64,000 bases of DNA from positions 714-64,713 of the IMG/VR virus record IMGVR_UViG_3300037851_000757; one strand, given 5' to 3'. A program made the translations under genes and the position numbers. Origin of the DNA: a virus. The notes beneath the pieces are model-generated. The model was not told the origin of the DNA. It saw only the letters and a list, made by a program, of their open reading frames with translations, and searched no databases. Below are positions 7,866 through 16,593 of this stretch, piece by piece (the first letter of the stretch is position 1; each line of letters begins with the position of its first letter).

Positions 7866-8400
7866 ATTTTCTCTCCTTCCATACTTCCGCTGTAACAAAT
7901 CTAGTAGAGACTCGTTTTCCGGTATCAATAAAATGTGGCCGACACTCTTCGATAATTTTGGCGTTTTCTGACCACCCCTTAACGAAAAATTCTCCAGGTC
8001 CTAAGTGTTCCTCTGGGAGATTTACTGTTAATGTTGCAAGAAGCTTTCCTTCTTGTAAAAAAAGTTGGACAGCTGTTCTCCCATTAGAGTATTTTGCATA
8101 CTCTATTGTTACCTCTCCGAAAGATGTCTTAATCTTTTTCATTATGCCCCCCCGCAACTCGTTCAAAAAGGCATATGCCTCTTTTAAAGAAAGATTTCGA
8201 GAATCTTTTAAGTGTCTCACAGCAGCAACTGCCCCATTTTTCATATACAGCTCAGTAATTATTTTAATATCAGGGTATTTCTCATACATCCAGTTTGGCA
8301 GTCGTTTCCGTTGAGAATAAACAGCTTGTCTACCAGTATGCCTCCAACGAATAATTAACCGATTATCCTCATAAACATACATTTTATCTGTTGTTTTCAT
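7855..8400 (-). CDS. Two-domain protein: ribosomal L7/L12 C-terminal-like segment plus a common small phage domain
   Basis: GAVAAVRHLKDSRNLSLKEAYAFLNEL resembles the L7/L12 CTD. Internal ATG 8142 follows a G7 run. Confidence 0.55.
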   Translation of the reverse strand: MKTTDKMYVYEDNRLIIRWRHTGRQAVYSQRKRLPNWMYEKYPDIKIITELYMKNGAVAAVRHLKDSRNLSLKEAYAFLNELRGGIMKKIKTSFGEVTIEYAKYSNGRTAVQLFLQEGKLLATLTVNLPEEHLGPGEFFVKGWSENAKIIEECRPHFIDTGKRVSTRFVTAEVWKERKYED

Positions 8401-8522
8401 TGGACTTCGGCTCCTCTTTCTTCATAAAAACAAGTCCATCCAAATGACTCCCAACGTTTAGAAGTAGGATGCCATGTAACTGGACCAGAGGATGCGGGCC
8501 AGCATTGATTATACCTCAACAT
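8397..8522 (-). CDS. Small hypothetical protein (41 aa, not in the track)
   Basis: MLRYNQCWPASSGPVTWHPTSKRWESFGWTCFYEERGAEVQ; its stop overlaps the next ATG (ATGA). Confidence 0.4.
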   Translation of the reverse strand: MLRYNQCWPASSGPVTWHPTSKRWESFGWTCFYEERGAEVQ

Positions 8523-8575
8523 ATCCACAGGAAAGTAACCAGTTCCTCTAACTTTAAGAAAAATGATAATATTGT

Positions 8576-9649
8576 TTACGCATCTTCTCTTTTCCTCCAG
8601 TATCTTGCTTCTTGTGGAATTCCGTCTTTACTAAGACCGCGATACCGAAAAGTTACTTTCTGTCCTCGTGGAATTTCAATTCCATTTATTTCTTCTGGTA
8701 TCTCCTTTCCTGGGTTATTCGTCGCCCATGATTTTTCAGTCAAGTCTCTTTCATCATCGTTGAGTCCAGCTAACTCCAGTCTCTTACCTTGAAAATCAAT
8801 AATTAATGCACCAATTCTTCCAAGTAACTTGCTTCCTTTATCCGTCTCCTTTCCGCTGATGTAGCCAATCACAACTCCTTCAGCGTCATCAAGCTTTTTT
8901 AATTTGAGCATATCATGAGTCCGCTCAGCCCTCCAACAGGAATCAGGATTTCTAATAATAAGTCCTTCTCCACCTTCAGAAGAAATTCTGTCAAGCTGAA
9001 ACTCAAGTTGCTTCTCAGCAATATAAGTAGAATAATCTAAAGCATTTTGCATAACAATAGTAATTGGGTCTATGTCACAAAAAGCCCACAACTTTTTATA
9101 GATGGTTCTAAATTGAGTTTTTGGAGAACCCATCCACAATAATTTATTAACATACTTTCGATCATTGTAAAAATTTAAACATTCTTGACCATCAATAGCT
9201 TTTTTAAAATGTAGCGTATCAATATATCTTGACCTAAAAATTTCATCAGCAGAAGGGCTGTCAAAAACTGCAAAAACAATAGAAACCCATTCAAAGTCGT
9301 CTGGCTCGAGTTTTTTAATGATTGATGAAATCTCTTGTCGATATAATTTGTTAAAACTCCAAAGCTCTCCGTCTAAAAGCATCGGAGGAAGTTTGTCCAA
9401 AAATCGATCTGGGGCATGAATGACATTCCCATATCTGCTCCAAAGGCCAGTAGCAATTGGAGGTTTCTTGTACCGGGCATCCTTTGCTGTATTTGCCCAA
9501 GGAACCTCTGATTTTGGGACGCCTCGACTTACACCCCCATCCCAAAAACAGCGCTGCCCATCAAGTTTTTCACTCCAATACCAGCCTGCGACCCCATGCT
9601 TCTTCAATTTCAATGGGTGTGCTAAATGTAGGAACTCCGATTTCGCCAT
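8576..9649 (-). CDS. lig: ATP-dependent DNA ligase
   Basis: SEKLDGQR (motif I), LDGEL, EGGEGLIIR, MLKLKK and a C-terminal OB domain. Confidence 0.92.
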   Translation of the reverse strand: MAKSEFLHLAHPLKLKKHGVAGWYWSEKLDGQRCFWDGGVSRGVPKSEVPWANTAKDARYKKPPIATGLWSRYGNVIHAPDRFLDKLPPMLLDGELWSFNKLYRQEISSIIKKLEPDDFEWVSIVFAVFDSPSADEIFRSRYIDTLHFKKAIDGQECLNFYNDRKYVNKLLWMGSPKTQFRTIYKKLWAFCDIDPITIVMQNALDYSTYIAEKQLEFQLDRISSEGGEGLIIRNPDSCWRAERTHDMLKLKKLDDAEGVVIGYISGKETDKGSKLLGRIGALIIDFQGKRLELAGLNDDERDLTEKSWATNNPGKEIPEEINGIEIPRGQKVTFRYRGLSKDGIPQEARYWRKREDA

Positions 9650-10232
9650 CTGTCTCCTCCAGACTTTTATTTAGAATTTTTTTAAGTTCATAATCAATAT
9701 ACCCTAAAGGATTGTAAATTTTTCCAAGACTGTTCCACGGTCTTGGAAACAATATAGACCATCCTCCAGCTCTGGAAAATCTCCTACAAGTTTTTTCATG
9801 ATCATCCAATAAAATTGAGAATCTTGAAGCAAGCAAACTTTTGTCTGGACAAAAAATCACTTTATTACTTTTCACGTATTCTGGAAGATAAGTTAAATAC
9901 CAATCAGCACATTTACCAAGACAGCTTCGAGAAAGTGGAACACTGGTCACAATAAAAACTTGTGAAAATTCAAAATATTTTTTTAGTAATTGAAACAAAT
10001 CGAAAGCTTCTTCTGTTGGGGTCATTTTATCCCAGGATAGGCTATCTAATTCTTTTCCCCAATCTTTTCTTGAGAATCCAAGAATGTCTCGAACATCAGT
10101 TTGATTTGTCCAATTAAAAGTTCGTTGATAGCGTTTTTCACAGGTTCCCACAAAGTCTCTAATAACTCCATCTGAGTCAATAAAGATTTTAAATACCACT
10201 TTTTTTCCTCCAACGTTCTCTAATCTTTTCAA
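9570..10232 (-). CDS. HAD-family 5'(3')-deoxyribonucleotidase
   Basis: IFIDSDGVIRDF and LLDDH motifs. The likely start is GTG 10199 after GGAGG. Confidence 0.8.
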   Translation of the reverse strand: MKRLENVGGKKVVFKIFIDSDGVIRDFVGTCEKRYQRTFNWTNQTDVRDILGFSRKDWGKELDSLSWDKMTPTEEAFDLFQLLKKYFEFSQVFIVTSVPLSRSCLGKCADWYLTYLPEYVKSNKVIFCPDKSLLASRFSILLDDHEKTCRRFSRAGGWSILFPRPWNSLGKIYNPLGYIDYELKKILNKSLEETDGEIGVPTFSTPIEIEEAWGRRLVLE

Positions 10233-10752
10233 TAGTTTTTTGTATTTTTGACTTGCTACAATTTAGTTCTTCCGCAATTTGACGAATGGCTCGTTCTTCA
10301 AGTCGAAGAGATAAAACATCTTTTTCAAATTTAGATAACTGTAAATCTTCGATAGACTCTTTCAACAAGAGGGCATAAAAACCATTATAAGAAATTTTTG
10401 AAATGATAGAAAAATCAGGGTCATTAAAAATGATTGGGTAGATTTCGGAAATCTTAAAAGGTCTTTTTTCATTAAGTGCTTTTAGTCTGGCTTTCTTTAT
10501 ATAAGATGTGGGGAGATAAATAAGTGGGATCTTTTTTAATTCTTCAAAAAGATATCGTCGAATATTTAAATAAATAATTGCTCCTGCATACTCAAATTTC
10601 TTTTGAGAGATAACAATTCTGATTCCATGACACATCCCTTCAAGGGCAGCACTTTTAAGGTCATCTTTATGCTTGGGGAATTTTGTTGTATATCTTCTTG
10701 CTGTTGCTTCAGCTAATTTTTGGAACTTTTTTAAAAGTTCCTCTGATGTCAT
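10189..10752 (-). CDS. Sigma-70-like transcription factor (regions 2 and 4)
   Basis: DDLKSAALEGMCHGI region-2-like segment and LSKFEKDVLSLR...IRQIAEELNCSKSKIQK HTH; AAGGAGGT SD. Confidence 0.75.
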   Translation of the reverse strand: MTSEELLKKFQKLAEATARRYTTKFPKHKDDLKSAALEGMCHGIRIVISQKKFEYAGAIIYLNIRRYLFEELKKIPLIYLPTSYIKKARLKALNEKRPFKISEIYPIIFNDPDFSIISKISYNGFYALLLKESIEDLQLSKFEKDVLSLRLEERAIRQIAEELNCSKSKIQKTIEKIRERWRKKSGI

Positions 10753-10770
10753 AAATCATTACCTCCTTTA

Positions 10771-10891
10771 TGATTTGATTTATATAATAAAAAAAACATG
10801 GTCTTTTGTAATATGCGTTTAACTATAGGCAAAAGTTACAGACCTTCAGATTTGATTTGATTTATAAAAGCTGCTTGACCTGATTTGATTT
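10771..10891. promoter_or_regulatory. Upstream control region of the sigma-like gene
   Basis: Three TGATTTGATTT copies (10771, 10853, 10881) and copy 2 of the 30-bp element (10811-10840). Confidence 0.6.
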
Positions 10892-11351
10892 CACCCACAA
10901 GCCAAGCCTCATGCACAAGATCAATTTCTCTTACACTGATTTTAGAAATCTTCGGAGAGCTTGGGTCATAAATAGCCCCAGAAAAATCTAATACTTTAGC
11001 ATGAGACTCATAGATTAGAATTGCTTGGTTTCCAATAAGTCTAACAAAGAACCTCTCTATAGCATACAGTGGGTCATAAATTAATTTTGCATATCTTTGA
11101 TCTTGGCTCGGACTTGAAGCTGGAAACTTCTCAATTGGAAATAAACACTTTCCGTGAAGGATAAAAAGATCTTGGATTTCTTGAATATGAATTCCTCTTA
11201 AATTTTTCGGTGGAGGGAAATCCTTCCACCAGATTTCTTGGCCGTCTGTTTTTAATACAGCTTGTAAAATTCCAATATCAACATCTAAAAGCATTGCTGC
11301 ACAATAAAGAAGACATTGTTGTTTACCTGGAGTTTGAAGTAAGTGTCTCAT
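10836..11351 (-). CDS. Peptidase C39-like (papain-fold) protein
   Basis: Q-x5-QCLLYCAAMLL N-terminal Cys motif and a later H-x3-LD. Confidence 0.5.
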   Translation of the reverse strand: MRHLLQTPGKQQCLLYCAAMLLDVDIGILQAVLKTDGQEIWWKDFPPPKNLRGIHIQEIQDLFILHGKCLFPIEKFPASSPSQDQRYAKLIYDPLYAIERFFVRLIGNQAILIYESHAKVLDFSGAIYDPSSPKISKISVREIDLVHEAWLVGEIKSGQAAFINQIKSEGL

Positions 11352-11832
11352 CTTTTTTCTCCAAAAGGGATTCCGGAATCTCTACGCAGCATTCACCGAT
11401 AGTTTTAAAATCCCCTGAGATTTTGCAAGCAAAAATAATAACTCGTTTTTGCTTCTCTTTAAGTTTCAAAACAAGAGGAATAAAATCACTATCGGCAGAC
11501 CCAAGGACTACCATATCAAGATTTTCTGCTGCTTCAAGAATATCAACAGCTATTTTTACATCATAGTCAGCTTTCTTTATAATCTGCCCATGTTCTGTAA
11601 AAGATTTTGGGGTTTGATATTTTGGTGTAAACCCAATCTGTTTTAACATATGAATAAATCCAGCGGCCTGATTTTTAACTTGTGCTCCATAGGCATTTGC
11701 GATTGCAACATCTCCAAGTCCCTGGATATATTCAAGGTATTTCTTGTAATTTAATTTTCTTCCTTTGTACTTTTTATTAATGCAGTAGTAAAGATTACTG
11801 ACATCAATAAAAACTCCTATTTGCTTTGGCAT
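11323..11832 (-). CDS. NYN-domain (LabA/DUF88, PIN-like) protein
   Basis: VFIDVSNLY, KKADYDVKIAVD, LGSADSDFIPLV. Confidence 0.85.
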   Translation of the reverse strand: MPKQIGVFIDVSNLYYCINKKYKGRKLNYKKYLEYIQGLGDVAIANAYGAQVKNQAAGFIHMLKQIGFTPKYQTPKSFTEHGQIIKKADYDVKIAVDILEAAENLDMVVLGSADSDFIPLVLKLKEKQKRVIIFACKISGDFKTIGECCVEIPESLLEKKDETLTSNSR

Positions 11833-11841
11833 ATGGTCCCC

Positions 11842-12441
11842 TTATAAGTCATCAAAGACAATTGGGATTGTTGTTTTTAATTCTCTTAGAAGTGGAAGCA
11901 TGAGTTCTCTCATTTGTGGATGAGCTGCTTTTGAACATCGTAATTTAAAAATATGCCTCCATTCTCGGAAATTAGCAGTTGTGATAATTTCAGTTTTTAA
12001 GGAATTTGGAAGAACTTCTCTTGCCTGTTCTGGCCTCCATCCTTGAGAAAGTAGTTGCTTATAATAATATTCAGAAAGTTTGCAGGCTTCGTGAAATAGA
12101 TTAAATTGGTCTAAGTTTGATTGTTCTATCCAAACTGGCATAATAAATTCTATTTCTCTTCCTCCGTAATTGACATATCGTGTTGACTCTTGACTGTAAG
12201 AAGCGAGTCGATGACGTACAAGCTCATGAGTAACACCGCGATTTGTAATAAATCTAACAGACAATACCCCATGTTCAATGACACTTTCATGCCCCCTTTT
12301 GATTATTTGACTGACAAATTTTTCAGCAGATGAAAATGTAATCTTTTCTTCTGATTTATAACACGTTCTTCCACATTCCTCAATATATTCAAGGTTTCCA
12401 GAGATTTTCAAAATCTTATAGGACTGTTTAATTAATTTCAT
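11842..12441 (-). CDS. thyX: Flavin-dependent thymidylate synthase
   Basis: GHESVIEH, THELVRHRLASYSQESTRY signature, EQAREVLP, NFREWRH, AHPQMR. Confidence 0.95.
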   Translation of the reverse strand: MKLIKQSYKILKISGNLEYIEECGRTCYKSEEKITFSSAEKFVSQIIKRGHESVIEHGVLSVRFITNRGVTHELVRHRLASYSQESTRYVNYGGREIEFIMPVWIEQSNLDQFNLFHEACKLSEYYYKQLLSQGWRPEQAREVLPNSLKTEIITTANFREWRHIFKLRCSKAAHPQMRELMLPLLRELKTTIPIVFDDL

Positions 12442-12734
12442 TCTTCTACCTCATAAGTGTCAGAAAGAGAGTTTTCTTTTTTAACTTTATCATATGCAAG
12501 TTGGGCATAGTGAGCAACTTTAATCAAGTCTCTTAGAGATTCTGCTGGTCCTCTTGCATTCGACCCGAATCTGTTGATATATCTTTTTATATTTTGGACA
12601 CAATCATGCGATGTAAAATGTTCTACTTGATCATTCCCATCAGGATTTTGATACTGGGGAATCGTATAGACTTCAATATGCTTTAAAACTTTTTTTGAAA
12701 AGATTCCCCAATCTTTTATACGATCAATAGCCAT
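12438..12734 (-). CDS. DUF3310/T7 gp1.7-like protein (possible nucleotide kinase)
   Basis: NIKRYINRFG...DLIKVAHY pattern, next to thyX. Confidence 0.5.
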   Translation of the reverse strand: MAIDRIKDWGIFSKKVLKHIEVYTIPQYQNPDGNDQVEHFTSHDCVQNIKRYINRFGSNARGPAESLRDLIKVAHYAQLAYDKVKKENSLSDTYEVEE

Positions 12735-12743
12735 AATTACCTC

Positions 12744-13094
12744 CTATCTATAGACACCTGTATATTGCCACCAGTTGTGTCTGGTAAATAATTTTTTATA
12801 TTCTTCTTCTGTGGCACCAACAAGAACCCAGACTCCTGAACCATTGGCACACAATAATGGAAAAGTTTCATGTTGAGCTGGAGTAAAAGGATCACCAGAT
12901 CTTTTAGGATCTTTTACTTCAACCCATCTATGTCCATAGCGTGCGTGAGTACAAAAAAGATCTGGAAATCCTGACTGATACATATTTCCATGTGTTGCTT
13001 TAACAAACCAGCCACGATACCGTAAAAAAGTAATAATAGCTTCTTGTATTCCTTTCTCTGGTCCATGTTTCTTTCGAGGAATAAAAGGTTTCAT
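12744..13094 (-). CDS. VRR-NUC family nuclease (probable junction resolvase)
   Basis: PEKGIQEAI...GFPDLF...WVEVK...TPAQ. GAGG precedes ATG 13094. Confidence 0.8.
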   Translation of the reverse strand: MKPFIPRKKHGPEKGIQEAIITFLRYRGWFVKATHGNMYQSGFPDLFCTHARYGHRWVEVKDPKRSGDPFTPAQHETFPLLCANGSGVWVLVGATEEEYKKLFTRHNWWQYTGVYR

Positions 13095-13095
13095 A

Positions 13096-13356
13096 TTATT
13101 CCTCGGCAAGAACAGATAAGACAAGACACTGAATTGCCCTTATCATGAGCTTTTCATATTCTTCACGCTGCGTCGTCGCTACCCGAATTGCCCGACATTC
13201 CTGGATGTACTCCATCGCTCTCATCTCCAGATAGTTCTTGTCTGCTATCTTTACGAGCACGTTCAGGTTTCCCGGCTCTCTCGGATTGAACTGGGCTTGC
13301 GACAGGATTTTGCGGATGCTCTTTATACTTGGAAATGAACTCTTTTTCGAACTCAT
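13096..13356 (-). CDS. Hypothetical protein overlapping the upstream gene
   Basis: GGAGAGGAG precedes ATG 13356 (MSSKK); ends just before the VRR-NUC start. Confidence 0.55.
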   Translation of the reverse strand: MSSKKSSFPSIKSIRKILSQAQFNPREPGNLNVLVKIADKNYLEMRAMEYIQECRAIRVATTQREEYEKLMIRAIQCLVLSVLAEE

Positions 13357-13513
13357 TGATTTGCTCCTCTCCAATATTAAGTTTTGACTCCAAGTGAAAA
13401 ACACGAAGAACAATATTTTTCAGGACTCCTTGCATTTCGAGAAGGGATTTAGCAAGTTCCTTTTGAGACATTGAAATTTGATTCATTTTCCAAATAATTT
13501 GGCTTTCTTTCAT
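13163..13513 (-). CDS. Hypothetical protein (coiled-coil N-terminus)
   Basis: Start is coupled to the upstream stop (TAATG). Confidence 0.5.
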   Translation of the reverse strand: MKESQIIWKMNQISMSQKELAKSLLEMQGVLKNIVLRVFHLESKLNIGEEQINEFEKEFISKYKEHPQNPVASPVQSERAGKPERARKDSRQELSGDESDGVHPGMSGNSGSDDAA

Positions 13514-14244
13514 TACTCTTTTTCCTTTCTCATTTTTTGTACCAGATTTCTAACAATTGTTTTCTTAAAAAGATCTGGTCGCTTTGCTACCATGACAGTT
13601 TTACGCAATTTTTGAAGAGCTTCTGTTAAAAGAATTGTTTCTCTATGATCTCCAAAATCATTCCAAGAGCGATATCGTTCCCATAGTTCATCACTTAAAA
13701 GGCTCTTAATTGCTTTGGCTGCTCGATATTCATTGTTGTAAATTTGCTCTATCCAATTAAAAGACTCATGTATTAGGCTCTTGTCTAATTCTTCAGCTTC
13801 TTCGTGAATATATAAATAATCTTCAGGGATTCCAGCTTCAGTTAATATTGGTAACATAAGTTGAATCAATTTTTTCATCTCTGGAATTAAAGCTTTTCGA
13901 GAAATCGACGTATGAGTTGTAGGATTTTCTTTAGCTTGTCTAAGGGCTAAAAGAAGCTCCATTTTTGAAAGTCTTGAATAATTAAGAACATAATACTTTC
14001 TTCCCATTTCCCTAAGTTGGACAGTTGTAAGGTCCCCTAATTCAAGAAAAGGATGATTTCGATACCAGTTTATAACTTCTTCTTTATTTTTTTGTTCAAC
14101 AAAGTTAAGAAGTTTTTCTTGTTGTGGCTCATCTGATAATATCCATAAGTTTTCAAAACTTGGACGCCCTATAATATATTCAATATTTCGGAGTGTTTTA
14201 ATCTTTTCATGAAGACGGGATCGAAGTTTTAACAATCTATCCAT
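13513..14244 (-). CDS. Protein containing a Rho N-terminal-like (HeH) domain
   Basis: LTTVQLREMGRKYYVLNYSRLSKMELLLAL matches the Rho_N pattern; GGAGG SD. Confidence 0.6.
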   Translation of the reverse strand: MDRLLKLRSRLHEKIKTLRNIEYIIGRPSFENLWILSDEPQQEKLLNFVEQKNKEEVINWYRNHPFLELGDLTTVQLREMGRKYYVLNYSRLSKMELLLALRQAKENPTTHTSISRKALIPEMKKLIQLMLPILTEAGIPEDYLYIHEEAEELDKSLIHESFNWIEQIYNNEYRAAKAIKSLLSDELWERYRSWNDFGDHRETILLTEALQKLRKTVMVAKRPDLFKKTIVRNLVQKMRKEKE

Positions 14245-14253
14245 TTGACCTCC

Positions 14254-16593
14254 CTATTTCTTTGATGCCCATGAATCTAAATGTGTTTTCCAATCCATTT
14301 TAATTAGAGGAACCTTTTCTTTAAAAGACTCTACTGTTTCTTTAACAGTTCGAGCAACTATTGGTACATATTCAGGATGTGTTGGAGAAAGAATTTCATC
14401 ATGGACATTCATAGGTTGAACCCTCCAATGATTTATTCCACATGGCTGAATGTCCCAAATTTTTCTTTGAACTTTTTTAGTAATTTCGGCACCTGAAGAT
14501 TGAATAACATGATTTGCAGCAGCACGCATATTGGCTGCTTGTTGTGCAAAAGCGGCCGCAAATAAAGCAGATCTAAGAGCACCAGAAGCAGTTTGTTCTC
14601 TATCTCTTCTGATCACTTTGATCGCCATTTTAAGCCAGCTTCTTGGCGGATCATTTGCAAGATCAAAAAGAGCTTTAACGATTTGGTTTTCTAAAGTAAA
14701 ATAACGTCTGAATCCAAACAGGGATTCAATATATTCAGAAGGTTCATGCCATTCCACTTTTGTTCCAATACCGCCAGGTTGTCGCATTGAACAGAACATA
14801 TCAAATATCTTTTTTCGTTCTCTTCCCCACACGATATATCTCGCACACCACCTTCGGTATGCTTCTTCAGCAGTTTTTTCAGGAATCCCAACTCTATTAG
14901 ACAGTGTGTAGGCTTCACCTCCGTAAAGGAGAGCGAAGACTCCATTTTTTGAGCGCCCATAAAAATCTTCGTAAAAATTAGCGGCTCCATCTGATTTCAA
15001 AATCTCCTCATAGGTTTTATCTGGAAAGAGATAAACGCCAAAAAGAGCATGAATCTTTTTACCAGACATTAAGTCGGATCTAAGATCCGGGTCAGCATAA
15101 GCAGCATCGGCAAGGCATACTTCAAAACCAGAAAAATCACCACCGCATAAAACAGTGTTCTCCAATGCAAGAGGGAAACATTTTCTAACATAGTTCGATT
15201 TTTTGATTCCCTGTGGATTGAGTCCGCCAGTACCTGCCATGCGAGAGCTGCGAGTACCGATAACAACAAAGTCAGCATGGAATCTCCCTGCAAGAAGAAG
15301 TTTGTCATAGACTTCTATTTCCTTTTTGGCTTTTCGAGCTTTAATGATTTCAGCAGCACGCTCGGCAGCCGGATGAGGGTCTTTTCCAGGAATAAGACCA
15401 TCATCGCAAGAATTGCACCCCATGCCAGAACAAGCACTACAAACCTCAGATACACGCCATTGGGCAATTTCTTCAAGAATAATTCCTTTTGTTGTGATTT
15501 TCCCATCAACACTCATTACAACTTTTTCTGCTTCTGATAAAACTTCTTCCAAATAAGCTCGGACCACAGCGTGGGAATTATAATTGAATTTTCGTCTTGT
15601 TCCTTCTTCTTTTGCAATCGCTTTTTGACGAAGTTCGACAATGGCTTCGGTGTCAATTCTAAAGCCACGCCAGCGCACAGCCCCAACCATGCAAGTAAGA
15701 ACAGAGTCATCATCATCTGGTTCTGGAGAACCGAAAAAATGATATAACCCGCGAGTATCAGCCACATCATCATAAGCATATTCTCTTGCAAGACTATTGT
15801 ACGACCAATAGTTAACGTGCTGCTGGATTCTAAACGGCCAAGAATATTCCCACATTCCACGGATTTCAGAATCAGAGCTATTTAAAAATACTTTAGCAAA
15901 TGGGGCATACCCAAGCTCTGCCGGGGATGCTTTAGCTGGAAGAGAAATATCAGTATAAAGAAGTCGGTCATCTTTTGCTACCCCAGTATCTATAGCTAAG
16001 GCTTTTAAAGCTGAACTTGGAGAAAATTTTAAAACAAGATCCTTGAATCCTGGAATCATTGCTCCAACATCATCTTTAAGATCAAATACTTGCCATCTTA
16101 TTGTTTTATCTTCTCTTCGAGCAAAATAAATATCCTTTAATGGAATTCTTTTATTTAATTCTGCACAAAGCTGCCAAGCAAGAACGGTAGGAACTTTTTT
16201 GATACGGATATCTTCTCTATCCATTGTTGATTGATATGGGCCTTTGCGTGCGTGCATCATAATGTCAAAGGCTTTTACTGGCTTTAAACATAATCCGTCT
16301 CTTGCATATGGCTCCGCATTGTAGTATTCTTCAATGCAATCAATAGGATGTTTATTTTTATCTTTTAAAAGAGAAAGAGTTGTATAAAGTTGACAAAGAT
16401 GAAAATGATCAAAACTTAGATTAAATCCACAGACTCCTCCATCATGTAGCATAAATTCTTCAATAAGTTCAAGAGTTTCTTGTACGGGCCTGTTCCATGG
16501 AGAATAAAGATTAATGGGGCCTTCATCAAAAGCATATTGAATAAGAACTATCGGCCCGTGAAATCCACAAGTTTCTGTATCATAAAAAATCAT
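14254..16593 (-). CDS. polA: Family A DNA polymerase with a 3'-5' exonuclease domain
   Basis: DTET (ExoI), GFNLSFD (ExoII), YAYDD (ExoIII), TRSSRM, DFSGFE (motif A), KNGVFALLYG (motif B), VHDE (motif C). Confidence 0.93.
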   Translation of the reverse strand: MIFYDTETCGFHGPIVLIQYAFDEGPINLYSPWNRPVQETLELIEEFMLHDGGVCGFNLSFDHFHLCQLYTTLSLLKDKNKHPIDCIEEYYNAEPYARDGLCLKPVKAFDIMMHARKGPYQSTMDREDIRIKKVPTVLAWQLCAELNKRIPLKDIYFARREDKTIRWQVFDLKDDVGAMIPGFKDLVLKFSPSSALKALAIDTGVAKDDRLLYTDISLPAKASPAELGYAPFAKVFLNSSDSEIRGMWEYSWPFRIQQHVNYWSYNSLAREYAYDDVADTRGLYHFFGSPEPDDDDSVLTCMVGAVRWRGFRIDTEAIVELRQKAIAKEEGTRRKFNYNSHAVVRAYLEEVLSEAEKVVMSVDGKITTKGIILEEIAQWRVSEVCSACSGMGCNSCDDGLIPGKDPHPAAERAAEIIKARKAKKEIEVYDKLLLAGRFHADFVVIGTRSSRMAGTGGLNPQGIKKSNYVRKCFPLALENTVLCGGDFSGFEVCLADAAYADPDLRSDLMSGKKIHALFGVYLFPDKTYEEILKSDGAANFYEDFYGRSKNGVFALLYGGEAYTLSNRVGIPEKTAEEAYRRWCARYIVWGRERKKIFDMFCSMRQPGGIGTKVEWHEPSEYIESLFGFRRYFTLENQIVKALFDLANDPPRSWLKMAIKVIRRDREQTASGALRSALFAAAFAQQAANMRAAANHVIQSSGAEITKKVQRKIWDIQPCGINHWRVQPMNVHDEILSPTHPEYVPIVARTVKETVESFKEKVPLIKMDWKTHLDSWASKK

